Below are positions 9,784 to 18,909 of a stretch of 64,000 nt of DNA, one piece after another. A program made the position numbers and the translations under genes. The stretch is taken from positions 6,846,445 through 6,910,444 of the forward strand of contig OZ253572.1 in the NCBI GenBank assembly GCA_965262935.1, given 5' to 3'. The notes under the pieces were generated by a model. That model saw only the letters and a list, made by a program, of their open reading frames with translations, ran no database searches and had not been told where the DNA came from. Origin of the DNA: Spirochaetia bacterium (GTDB lineage: Bacteria; Spirochaetota; Spirochaetia; SZUA-6; Bin103). How positions within the stretch are numbered: position 1 is the stretch's first letter; each line of letters begins with the position of its first letter.

Positions 9784-12288
9784 TCAGCTCTTGTCGCGGC
9801 TCGGCAGGTGCAGGATCTCGCGCGGCTTGCTGCCGTTGGCGGGGCCGACGATGCCGCGCTGCTCCATCTCCTCGACCAGCCGCGCGGCGCGGTTGTAGCC
9901 GATCTTGAGCTTGCGCTGCAGGTAGGAGGCGGACGCCTTGCCGGCCGCGGCCACGATCTCCAGCGCCTGATCCATCATCGGGTCGTTGCCGCCCGGTTCC
10001 AGGACCAGTTCCGTTTCCTCGTCGTCGAACAGGATATCCTCGTCGATGTAATCCGGCTCGCCCAACTCGCGCACCTTCTCGGTGATCCGCTCCACCTCTT
10101 CCTCCGACACCAGGGCGCCCTGGATGCGTAGCGGGTTGGAATCCCAGGCCGGCACGAACAGCATGTCGCCGCGACCGAGCAGCTTCTCCGCCCCGACCGC
10201 ATCGATGATGATGCGGGAATCGAACTTGCCGGCCACCATGAACGCGATACGGGACGGAATGTTGGCCTTGATCAGCCCGGTGATCACGTCGATCGAGGGC
10301 CTTTGCGTAGCCAGCACGATGTGGATGCCGACCGCGCGCGCCATCGCCGCCAGCCGCGCCAGGGTCGCTTCCAGTTCCTTGCCGGTGGTGGCCATCAGGT
10401 CCGCGAATTCGTCGATCACGATCACCAGGTAGGGCAACGGTCCGTGGCTGAGCTTCTCCTCGCGCTCCACGAGCCTGCGGTTGTAGGAGCGGATGTCGCG
10501 CACGCCGAGCTGGTCGAGCAACGCATAGCGGCGCTCCATCTCGTACAGGCAATACTGCAACGCCTGGAACGCCCGCTTGGGGTCGGTGATTACCGGCGTG
10601 AGCAGGTGCGGAACGTCGTTGTACAGCTTGAGCTCCACGATCTTGGGATCGATCAGCAGCAGGCGCACCTGTTCCGGCGTGCGCGAGTACAGGATGGAAC
10701 AGATCAGGGCGTTGACCAGCACCGACTTGCCGGCTCCGGTGGCGCCGGCGATCAGCAGGTGCGGGGTGGCGGTGAGATCGATCACCTGCGCCTCGCCGGT
10801 GATGTCCTTGCCGAGGGCGATGGGAATGCCGTCGGCCAGCGACCGGGGCGCCGGGCGGAAATCCTTCAGGCTGATGAGGTCGCGGAACCCGACTATGGCG
10901 CGGTGGCGGTTCGGCACCTCGATGCCGACCGCGTGCTTGCCCGGGATCGGCGCCACGATGCGCACCCGCGAGGCGGCCAGCCGCAGCGCGATATTGTCGG
11001 CCAGGTTGACGATGCGGGAGATCTTGACGCCCGGCGCCGGCAGGATCTCGAACATGGTGATCACCGGACCGCGGCGCACGCCGGTGACCTCGGCGTCGAT
11101 GCGGAACTCCGCCAGCGTGGTCATCAGCGTGGCGGCGGCTTCGCGGGTGTCGTTCTCCACCTGCCACGGCTCGTCCGACTTATGGACGTCGAGCACTTCC
11201 ACCGGCACGTGGTAGCCGCGGCGTCGGGAGCGTGCGGCGCGTGCCGGCACCGCGGCCGCGGCCGGGGACGAACCCGTTGTCGGCGGTGCCGGCGGTGCCG
11301 GTGGTGCCGGCTGCTCGTCCTGCGCGGGCGGTTCGTCCTGCGCAGGCGGTACGAGGAGCGCCGCAGGCATTTCGCCATCGCCATGCGTGCCGTCGAGATC
11401 CTGGCTATCGTGCTCCGGCAGGGCGGTGGCGGTTTCGGTTTCGGCTTCGACGGTGTCATCGTCGCGCGCCGGCAACTCCACGCCGTGGGAGGGTTCGGCG
11501 CGCAGCGCCGCGGCCAGGAGCGAGTCGGTATCGTCGGATACCGCTTCGTCGGCGGGCACCGGCTGGTCCGCCATCGGGGCCGCGGGCGCGGCGCCGTTGG
11601 CGGCGAAGTCCGGCTCGGCGACGTGTCCGGCACCGTTGGGCCGGGGTGCGCTGCCATTCGCGTAGTGCCCGGTGCCGTTGGCATACGGCGCTGCTGCATT
11701 GGCATACGCCGGCGGCACGGCGACCGCGTCGCCCGCGGGTAATTCCTCCGGCGCAGCGAGAGCCAGCGCGTCGTGCGGCGGCGCCTCGGCAGCGGTGCGC
11801 CACGCCTGCTCGCGCCAGCGCTTGAGGAACGCGAAAAAGGCGACGCTCTCCAGCGTCAGGATCAGGATCAGCAGGATGGCGGCCGGCACGCGTCCGAACG
11901 CCGCCACCAGCGCCACCGCCGCGAACGCCCCGTCCTCGCCGAGCAGTACATGGCTCAAGGTGCCGAGCACCGGCAGGAACAGGCCCACCGCGACCAGGGA
12001 GGCCATCACCTCACGGGTTACGCGGTCGTTGTACAGCACGATCACATACACATAGCAGAGCGCGGGAATCAGCAGCGAAAACCAGAGAAAGGAGTCGAAC
12101 AGGAACCACGCCGGCCCGTACAGCACGTTGAGCGGAAACGGAGCGGTATTGGGCCGGCCCGCGGCCAGGAACGGTAACAGCGACGCCAGGGCAAAGGTGC
12201 CGGTGGCGGCGAGCGCCACCGCGCACACCTGCTGCACCCCACCGTGCCCGGGCAGCCGCCACTGCTCTGCCCACCTGGGGATATTCAT
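9784..12288 (-). CDS. ftsK: DNA translocase FtsK (FtsK/SpoIIIE family)
   Basis: N-terminal TM segments, a Pro/Ala-rich linker, the motor domain with LLIAGATGAGKSV and VIVIDEFADL, and a C-terminal gamma (winged-helix) domain. Start chosen at ATG 12288 (MNIPRW...). Confidence 0.9.
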   Translation of the reverse strand: MNIPRWAEQWRLPGHGGVQQVCAVALAATGTFALASLLPFLAAGRPNTAPFPLNVLYGPAWFLFDSFLWFSLLIPALCYVYVIVLYNDRVTREVMASLVAVGLFLPVLGTLSHVLLGEDGAFAAVALVAAFGRVPAAILLILILTLESVAFFAFLKRWREQAWRTAAEAPPHDALALAAPEELPAGDAVAVPPAYANAAAPYANGTGHYANGSAPRPNGAGHVAEPDFAANGAAPAAPMADQPVPADEAVSDDTDSLLAAALRAEPSHGVELPARDDDTVEAETETATALPEHDSQDLDGTHGDGEMPAALLVPPAQDEPPAQDEQPAPPAPPAPPTTGSSPAAAAVPARAARSRRRGYHVPVEVLDVHKSDEPWQVENDTREAAATLMTTLAEFRIDAEVTGVRRGPVITMFEILPAPGVKISRIVNLADNIALRLAASRVRIVAPIPGKHAVGIEVPNRHRAIVGFRDLISLKDFRPAPRSLADGIPIALGKDITGEAQVIDLTATPHLLIAGATGAGKSVLVNALICSILYSRTPEQVRLLLIDPKIVELKLYNDVPHLLTPVITDPKRAFQALQYCLYEMERRYALLDQLGVRDIRSYNRRLVEREEKLSHGPLPYLVIVIDEFADLMATTGKELEATLARLAAMARAVGIHIVLATQRPSIDVITGLIKANIPSRIAFMVAGKFDSRIIIDAVGAEKLLGRGDMLFVPAWDSNPLRIQGALVSEEEVERITEKVRELGEPDYIDEDILFDDEETELVLEPGGNDPMMDQALEIVAAAGKASASYLQRKLKIGYNRAARLVEEMEQRGIVGPANGSKPREILHLPSRDKS

Positions 12289-12671
12289 CGCGCCGGCACC
12301 AGCGCAAGATTGCCCATATCCCAAGTATCGGCACCCCGGCGCGCCAGCCGAGCCCCGACCGGCACGGCGCGGCACCTGCAACGGGTGCATCCCGGATGGG
12401 CGCTGACCCCGCCCAGCGGCGCGCCCCGCCTGACCACACGCGGCCCGGTATGCGCAACAGCACGCCGTGAGCAGCTTTGCTGGCATCCAGCGCGGTTATT
12501 TTGGACACGGGTCAAGGCGCTCGCGGGCGCCTGCTACGGGACTGCCCGAGGGCAGTGTAACGTTGATCTTAAGCCAGCCGCCGGACAGGGAGTAATGTGG
12601 ATAACCGGTTGGGGATAGGGTGATCCGTTACATTGGTGTGGTTGTGGCTGCTATGAGAGCGAGCCTGGGTC

Positions 12672-12968
12672 TTAGTCGCGCAACGCCCTGATCTCCGTAA
12701 GCAACTCTGACCTGCTGGTCTGCACCTCTGCTCTGAGCGATTGCTCGGCAGATCGAGCCTCTAATCTGAGAGAGCCGATTTCCACCTTCATGTCAGACCG
12801 CAATACGTCTATATCTGACTCAAGATCCACTCTGAGCCCATCCACGTCATCTCCTAATTCCGTACGGAGGCCGTCCACCTTTTCACCCACTGCGCGTTCT
12901 ACGGCAGTTATATCCTTACGAATACTGTTGAACTGACCGATCAGAAAAAAGATAAACAACACGAACAA
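12672..12968 (-). CDS. hypothetical small protein with N-terminal TM segment and coiled-coil
   Basis: 98-aa ORF in a low-GC islet; hydrophobic N-terminus FVLFIFFLIGQF followed by periodic D/L/R repeats. Confidence 0.35.
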   Translation of the reverse strand: MFVLFIFFLIGQFNSIRKDITAVERAVGEKVDGLRTELGDDVDGLRVDLESDIDVLRSDMKVEIGSLRLEARSAEQSLRAEVQTSRSELLTEIRALRD

Positions 12969-12975
12969 GTCTCCA

Positions 12976-13218
12976 TTACAGTTCCTGTAATTCTCTCAGT
13001 CTATCTACGACCTCTTCTGCTTCGGAGCCACTGATATGCTCAAGCTTTACGACAATTCCACGGCGGCCAGTTTCCAAACCTGCTGTTACCCCGAAGAGTC
13101 CTGCTATCTCTTCTGTGGTAGCGCTTCTATCTGCAACTATACAGGAGTGATCGCCGCTGAGCTTTACGTAGCTACTGATAAACCGTTCTGGTATATCGGG
13201 AAGGGGGGCATTGGTCAC
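12976..13218 (-). CDS. hypothetical small protein (80 aa)
   Basis: Lies directly upstream of 12672..12968 on the same strand in the same low-GC islet. No motif recognised. Confidence 0.3.
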   Translation of the reverse strand: MTNAPLPDIPERFISSYVKLSGDHSCIVADRSATTEEIAGLFGVTAGLETGRRGIVVKLEHISGSEAEEVVDRLRELQEL

Positions 13219-13475
13219 TACTACAAGGAAACACTGCCTAGCTTAGTAGCCTGCCTGTTTCACGGATTTCCCCTGCACGTCAATTCCGTATGTAGCGATA
13301 GTTACCGGGTTCCGCCGTATCATTCGTATCATTCGTATCACTGCGCCTACGTGAGATGTTGGCGAGCGGCTCCGCGGCTATGCCAAGCCTTTCTCCGAGC
13401 CGGGTCGGCCGCATACGCCAGCGCTCCGCATCGTGCGGCAATACCCCGTTGGTGTAGCCGGTTCACGGAGCGCCG

Positions 13476-14303
13476 CTACCACAGGGTCAGACCGATGATT
13501 CCCACGGGTATCAGGTACAGGGCGAACAGGTGCAGCCGCCCGCGGCGCACGATGCGCAGCAGCACGGTCAGCGCCAGCCAGCCGGCGGCGAACGAAACCA
13601 CCATGCCGGCGGCCATGGCGGGCGCGTCGACGGTGGCCTCCAGGGCGGACAGCTCGGGCAGCGATACCGCCACCGCGCCCAGGATGGCGGGCACCGAGGC
13701 CAGGAAGGAGAAGTCGGCGGCCGTTTCGCGATCCGCCCCGGCCAGCACGCCGACGGATATGGTGGCGCCGGAGCGGGAGATGCCGGGAATCACCGCCAGC
13801 CCCTGAACCACACCGATCAGCAGCGCCCACGGCCAGCGCGGCTGCCATGCAACGCTCGGCGCGGCCTCGGCGCGCGGCCCGGCCATGCCGCGCACGAACG
13901 GGGCGGCGAGCAGCAGCGCCGCGGTGACCAGCAGCATGAAGGAGACGAAGCCCGGCGCGCGCGGCAGCCCGATGGATCCGAGCGCCATGCCGATACCGCC
14001 CGTGACCGCGGTGCAGAGCACGAGCAGCAGCAACAGGCGGCGGTCGTCGGGGCTGCACCGGCGGCGTGCCGGCGGCCGCAGCAGGTCGACGCCGGCGGCA
14101 ATCAGCCGGCCCAGCCGCGCCCGGAACACCACCGCGGTCGCGGCCAGGGTGGACGAGTGCAGCAGAACGTCGAACAACAGCGGCACCTCGCCCACCTCCA
14201 GGATGCCGCGCAGCAGCACCAGGTGCCCGGAACTGGACACCGGCAGGAACTCGGTGATGCCCTGCAGCCCGCCCAGAGCCACTGCCTGCCAGAAGCTCAT
14301 CAT
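13476..14303 (-). CDS. uppP: undecaprenyl-diphosphatase (BacA/UppP)
   Basis: LPVSSSGHL and GISRSGATI signature motifs; 8 predicted TM helices. Confidence 0.9.
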   Translation of the reverse strand: MMSFWQAVALGGLQGITEFLPVSSSGHLVLLRGILEVGEVPLLFDVLLHSSTLAATAVVFRARLGRLIAAGVDLLRPPARRRCSPDDRRLLLLLVLCTAVTGGIGMALGSIGLPRAPGFVSFMLLVTAALLLAAPFVRGMAGPRAEAAPSVAWQPRWPWALLIGVVQGLAVIPGISRSGATISVGVLAGADRETAADFSFLASVPAILGAVAVSLPELSALEATVDAPAMAAGMVVSFAAGWLALTVLLRIVRRGRLHLFALYLIPVGIIGLTLW

Positions 14304-14661
14304 GCGAGTGACGCCGGTGCGAGGTCATTCGCTGCCGACACCCGGGCACCGATCGGCTCGCGGTAGTGGCGCAGGCATCGGCCCGTCGCGGTCAGTTCGG
14401 CGACAAGCGACAGCGGAGGTACGTTGAACTGACTACTCATGGTGATGGGACAGCGTCCTCAAAGATGCTTGCAGTATGTTTCGCGGGAAGTCAGCTCCAC
14501 GTCCAGCGGGCCGGTCGGCCCGGGCGGCGCGTTGGATCGAGGTCCAAGGCACCGCTCAAGAAACGGCGAGCGGGATTTCATCGGGGGGCATACCGGCAGT
14601 GAGTTATGGCAACCAGTAGCTCTTTCAGGTAGTCAATCAGACCACCACCGTAGCGGCTTCT

Positions 14662-15882
14662 CTACCCTGCGGCCTCTTTCAGTGCGTCAACGTCCGCGCG
14701 CAGGGCCTCCAGCTCGGTGCGGTCTGCCTTCGTCGCCGCGAAGTTCTCAACGGCCGCTTGCACGTTCGCGAGTCCGTCCCCGAGCACTTCGGTAACGGAA
14801 TGCTCCAACGAATCCATGCGGGCGTCGATTCCTTCCAGATGCTCGCCCTGGCCTTCCAGACGCCCGTCAATACCTTCCAGACGCCCGTCAATACCTTCCA
14901 GACGCCCGTCAATACCTTCCAGACGCCCGTCGATTCCGTCGAACCGCTCGCCATGGCTCGCCAGCCGCTCGTCAATACCTTCCAGACGCCCGTCGATTCC
15001 GTCGAACCGCTCGCCATGGCTCGCCAGCCGCTCGTCAATACCTTCCAGACGCCCGTCGATTCCGTCGAACCGCTCGCCATGGCTCGCCAGCCGCTCGTCA
15101 ATACCTTCCAGACGCCCGTCGATTCCGTCGAACCGCTCGCCATGGCTCGCCAGCCGCTCGTCAATACCTTCCAGACGCCCGTCGATTCCATCGAACCGCT
15201 CGCCATGGCTATCCAGACGCCCGTCGATTCCATCGAACCGCTCGCCATGGCTGGTCAGCCGCCCGTCGATTCCTTCCAGACGCCCGTCGATTCTGTCGAA
15301 CCGCTCGCCATGGCTCGCCAGCCGCTCGTCAATACCTTCCAGATGCCCGTCGATTCCGTCGAACCGCTCGCCATGGCTCGCCAGCCGCTCGTCAATACCT
15401 TCCAGATGCCCGTCGATTCCGTCGAACCGCTCGCCATGGCTCGCCAGCCGCTCGTCAATACCTTCCAGACGCCCGTCGATTCCGTCGAACCGCTCGCCAT
15501 GGCTCGCCAGCCGCTCGTCAATACCTTCCAGATGCCCGTCGATTCCGTCGAACCGCTCGCCATGGCTCGCCAGCCGCTCGTCGATTCCTTCCAGATGCCC
15601 GTCGATTCCGTCGAACCGCTCGCCATGGCTCGCCAGCCGCTCGTCAATACCTTCCAGACGCCCGTCGATTCCGTCGAACCGCTCGCCATGGCTCGCCAGC
15701 CGCTCGTCAATACCTTCCAGATGCCCGTCGATTCCGTCGAACCGCTCGCCATGGCTCGCCAGCCGCTCGTCGATTCCTTCCAGGCGCTCGCCAATCCCGT
15801 CCAGGCGCGCACCGTGGTCAGCGCGCAAGGCACGCAACTCGCGCAGTACGTCATGGAGCGTTGGCTCGGTTGCTTTACTCAT
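14662..15882 (-). CDS. highly repetitive protein built from fourteen 21-aa (63-nt) tandem repeats, SHGERFDGIDG(H/R)LEGIDERLA
   Basis: The ORF is in frame through the whole array. The N-terminus MSKATEPTLHDVLRELRALRA and the C-terminus DSLEHSVTEVLGDGLANVQAAVENFAATKADRTELEALRADVDALKEAAG are non-repetitive. The heptad-like periodicity suggests a coiled-coil. Confidence 0.6.
   Translation of the reverse strand: MSKATEPTLHDVLRELRALRADHGARLDGIGERLEGIDERLASHGERFDGIDGHLEGIDERLASHGERFDGIDGRLEGIDERLASHGERFDGIDGHLEGIDERLASHGERFDGIDGHLEGIDERLASHGERFDGIDGRLEGIDERLASHGERFDGIDGHLEGIDERLASHGERFDGIDGHLEGIDERLASHGERFDRIDGRLEGIDGRLTSHGERFDGIDGRLDSHGERFDGIDGRLEGIDERLASHGERFDGIDGRLEGIDERLASHGERFDGIDGRLEGIDERLASHGERFDGIDGRLEGIDERLASHGERFDGIDGRLEGIDGRLEGIDGRLEGIDGRLEGQGEHLEGIDARMDSLEHSVTEVLGDGLANVQAAVENFAATKADRTELEALRADVDALKEAAG
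14815..15795. repeat. 63-bp tandem repeat array, about 14 copies plus 21-bp sub-repeats at the 5' end
   Basis: Near-identical units differ mainly by CAT/CGT (His/Arg) and ATG/ACG changes. Confidence 0.9.
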
Positions 15883-16005
15883 CGTTCCAGAATATAGCTC
15901 ACCTGCCACCCACCGTGCCACCCCAGTGACGCCACCGCCAACCCTTCGCCGGCAGTCGCCGCGTGGCGTGCCGCGCCCCACGCGCTACCGCCTGCCGGAA
16001 GCCCA

Positions 16006-16695
16006 TCACGCCTTGAACCCCCGCAGAAGGACTAGGTGGCGCTCGGCGTCCAGGTGCGGCACAGCAAGGCGTATCACCTGCATCCGCAGCATTTCACCCG
16101 CCGCTTCGCGCGCGGCCCTCAGTTCCCGCTGCACGGTCGCCGCAGTGCCCTGGTAAAGGGCAACCGTCGACCGCGCATGCAGGCGCGGCAGCAGATCAGG
16201 CAGCAGGCGGGCCAGCGGCGCCACCGCGCGCCACGTCACTACGTCCACCTGGGCCAGCGCCGCCTCCGCCAGCGGGCGTCCGACCACGGTCAACTCCGTC
16301 AGCACCAACTCGCGGCGCACATGGTTCAGGAACGCCGCCCGCCGGGCGCTGCGTTCCACCAGAATTACCCGCGACCCGGGCAGCGCCAGCGCCAGCGGAA
16401 TACCCGGCAGGCCGGCGCCGCTGCCCACATCCAGCAACGTGGCGCGCGGTTCGATTTCACGTAGCGCCGACACCGCCGCCAGGCTGTCCAGCAAGTGGTG
16501 GGTGATCAGCCGCCGACGATCCGCGTCCACCAGCCGGTACACCGGATTGGCCGCCTCGATCAGCGCGGCGAAGCGCAGCAGCCGGTCACGCAGCTGCCCG
16601 TTGCCGCCCACCCCCAACCGGCGCAGCCCATCGTCGAGCAGCTCCTCATCCGTCAATTTCGCGCACCTCGGCACCACGGTACCCAAAAGTGCCAT
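16006..16695 (-). CDS. rsmG: 16S rRNA (guanine527-N7)-methyltransferase RsmG (GidB)
   Basis: SAM-binding LLDVGSGAGLPGIPLA; overall GidB architecture and length (229 aa). Confidence 0.9.
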   Translation of the reverse strand: MALLGTVVPRCAKLTDEELLDDGLRRLGVGGNGQLRDRLLRFAALIEAANPVYRLVDADRRRLITHHLLDSLAAVSALREIEPRATLLDVGSGAGLPGIPLALALPGSRVILVERSARRAAFLNHVRRELVLTELTVVGRPLAEAALAQVDVVTWRAVAPLARLLPDLLPRLHARSTVALYQGTAATVQRELRAAREAAGEMLRMQVIRLAVPHLDAERHLVLLRGFKA

Positions 16696-17173
16696 GCCCT
16701 CCTACACTGTGCACATGGAAAACGAAACCGACCTCACCGGCCTCGATCCGGCGGCGGCCCGCGAGTACGTACACGGCTACATCACCGCGCTGCGCCTTGC
16801 CGCGAGGAAGCGCCAGCGCCTGGAGACGGCGCTCAAGACCTGGGAGGAGCGCGTCAAACACGCCGCGGAAGCCGGCAACACCACGTTGCGCGACGCCGCG
16901 CGCACCGAGATGGAGCGCGTCCAGGACGGCCTCGGCCGCATTGCCGCCGAGGAGGCGGATCTGAGCGCCCAGGTGGAAGTGATGAAGCGCCACCTGAAGA
17001 GCATGCGCCCCGCGACCGCCATCAACGTCGACGCCGAGCAGCTCCTCGCCCAGCTCCAGTCCATCACCGGCGAGCCGGACACCCTCAAGTCCGATCTCGA
17101 CCGCCTCGGCACCCAACAGCGCGCCGACCAGGAACTCGCCGCCCTCAAGCGCCGCATGGCGAAAGGCGAGTAA
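16694..17173 (+). CDS. hypothetical coiled-coil protein (159 aa), divergent from rsmG
   Basis: ATG at 16694 overlaps the rsmG start on the opposite strand. The translation is Ala/Glu/Arg-rich with helical periodicity; no known motif. Confidence 0.45.
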   Translation: MPSYTVHMENETDLTGLDPAAAREYVHGYITALRLAARKRQRLETALKTWEERVKHAAEAGNTTLRDAARTEMERVQDGLGRIAAEEADLSAQVEVMKRHLKSMRPATAINVDAEQLLAQLQSITGEPDTLKSDLDRLGTQQRADQELAALKRRMAKGE

Positions 17174-17512
17174 GCGTTACTCCATCACCGGCATCCACGC
17201 ACGCCCCGTAGTAGTAGGTGTCCGCGGCCGACGGCGCCGTGGGTGTCGCCTCCAGTGCGACGCAATCTACGATATTGAGAGGGACCAAATACAATACTAA
17301 ACACGAACGCGTGCAGGTTGTTTCGTAGTCGCGAATTACGGCGATTCACACAGGAGGGCTCGGAAACCGGCCGTTCTCAGAGCCGCTAGGGGCGCGCCGG
17401 TTGCGTCGAACAGCTCCAGTTGCGCCACCGTCACCACCGCCGGAGCGTGCGGAACACGGCGCGCTCCGGGCCAGGCGGCGCCCGTAAGGTCGTCATGGTG
17501 TCGCCTCCACGG

Positions 17513-17704
17513 TCATGGCGCGGCTTCCATCTCCTGCTTGAGGTCTTCCAGTTCGCGGAGGATGCCAGCCGCGTCAGTACCACTCATCGCGCCAAGTACC
17601 GCGAACTCCTGCTTGAGGGCGTCCAGTTCCCGAACGACGGTCGCCGCTTCGGTCGCCTCGATGCCCGCTTCCAGGCGGGCGAACAGAGCTTGCGCCCTTC
17701 GCAC
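17513..17704 (-). CDS. possible small coiled-coil protein (63 aa)
   Basis: Short ORF downstream of the DUF5615 gene on the same strand. Weak support. Confidence 0.25.
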   Translation of the reverse strand: MRRAQALFARLEAGIEATEAATVVRELDALKQEFAVLGAMSGTDAAGILRELEDLKQEMEAAP

Positions 17705-17752
17705 GGCGGCAGCAAGCCGTTGCTGCGCGCAGCAAGCCGAACAGGAAGCCGC

Positions 17753-17971
17753 TCACCCGGCCCCGTCCCGTCGCTTGCGCCGGATTTGCTTGTCGGCGGT
17801 CACGGCAACCCACTGCCGACTCGCGACGTTAGGTATCCACCTTACGTCGGGATCACCAGGATTGATGTCACATGCGTTGCGGTAAGTCACCGCGTGCAGG
17901 TCTTTCTCCCGCAGCAAATCGACGAGATTCGGACCGTATGTCTCGTCCACAGAGAACGTGAGAGGCGTCAC
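17753..17971 (-). CDS. DUF5615-family PIN-like protein (putative toxin)
   Basis: 72 aa; overlaps the upstream DUF433 gene by 4 nt, the classic TA arrangement. Confidence 0.55.
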   Translation of the reverse strand: MTPLTFSVDETYGPNLVDLLREKDLHAVTYRNACDINPGDPDVRWIPNVASRQWVAVTADKQIRRKRRDGAG

Positions 17972-18672
17972 GCAGCTATGTTGCGAGTCCAGTCCTCGTA
18001 AGAGATCGCGCGGGTCACTTCGGGCACAGACCGTTCGTATATCGCGGCGAGCTGCTCTGCCGTTTCACCGGCGCACTTGCGTTTGTAGATGATCTCCGTG
18101 GGGATGCCGGTGCCGGGGATTCGTGGCTGCCCGAACCTGATCCCCGGGTCTACTTCCGCCGCCACGATTGATTTGTTGTTCGGGTCCGGAATCCGCAACC
18201 TGTCGGGAAGCCCATCTACTCCTCTGTCGACCTGCTTCATGCACTGAAGCAACTGCTCCTTCATCTCGAATTGGCCGGCTCGGCTAAGGTTGAGGTACTC
18301 GCCCGTCTTCTCAACAAACAGGTCTGAGCGATCAGTAAGGAGATTCAAGTCCGCGAGAGGATGATCAGTTCGTTCGGTCTTCCGGAGATACTCGATGGCG
18401 CTTCGCACGTTCTTGAATTGTACCTCGTGGAGTTTGCCCAGCGACGAAAGCACATACAACTCCACCAGATTCTGAAACGACAGGTGCGGTGGATCAGCCG
18501 GCACGATGGGTGGCCAGAACTGCTTGCCGTCGCTGGTCATATAGCGCGCGCCGCGTGTCCAGGACCGCACCGTCGATACCGGGCGCCTGATGATTCGTGC
18601 TGCCTCGGTTGGTGTGTACACAGGGATCTCAGCAGGACGCTTGCCGCCGTGAATGTCCGTCATCGTGGGCAC
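17968..18672 (-). CDS. DUF433 domain protein with extended N-terminus (putative antitoxin/partner of DUF5615)
   Basis: C-terminal DPGIRFGQPRIPGTGIPTEIIYKRKCAGETAEQLAAIYERSVPEVTRAISYE matches DUF433. Confidence 0.6.
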   Translation of the reverse strand: MPTMTDIHGGKRPAEIPVYTPTEAARIIRRPVSTVRSWTRGARYMTSDGKQFWPPIVPADPPHLSFQNLVELYVLSSLGKLHEVQFKNVRSAIEYLRKTERTDHPLADLNLLTDRSDLFVEKTGEYLNLSRAGQFEMKEQLLQCMKQVDRGVDGLPDRLRIPDPNNKSIVAAEVDPGIRFGQPRIPGTGIPTEIIYKRKCAGETAEQLAAIYERSVPEVTRAISYEDWTRNIAA

Positions 18673-18909
18673 ATTGAGTCAATACGACGCATCTGTCCAG
18701 CCACAGCTATCGAGCTATCAACCGGGCCGCGGACGGTGCGCGCGGCTCCGGGTCCGGCTCCCGGATGATCCACTGCACGTGCGTGACGCGCGGGTACACG
18801 GCGAGGACGACCGGGAAGTGGCTCGCGGCGGGGGCTCCGGTCTGCCCGGTGGACGGCCACGGGGCGATGGACCCGGCGGAGTAGCCGCCCGGCCCGTCAG
18901 TATGTGTTC

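Noticed and set aside
10303-11742. 479-aa plus-strand ORF
   Set aside because: Antisense to ftsK, a high-GC shadow.
14815-15795. Possible CRISPR array (regular 63-bp repeats)
   Set aside because: The repeats are contiguous with no intervening unique spacers, are in-frame coding, and no cas genes are present. The same reasoning applies to the 20-bp array at 63221..63400.
14717-16156. 479-aa and 379-aa plus-strand ORFs with PSIPSRRPSIPSNRSPWLASRSS-type repeats
   Set aside because: These are alternative-frame and opposite-strand readings of the 63-bp repeat array. The minus-strand frame has defined unique termini and a start codon, and was preferred. I cannot fully exclude that the other strand is the coding one.
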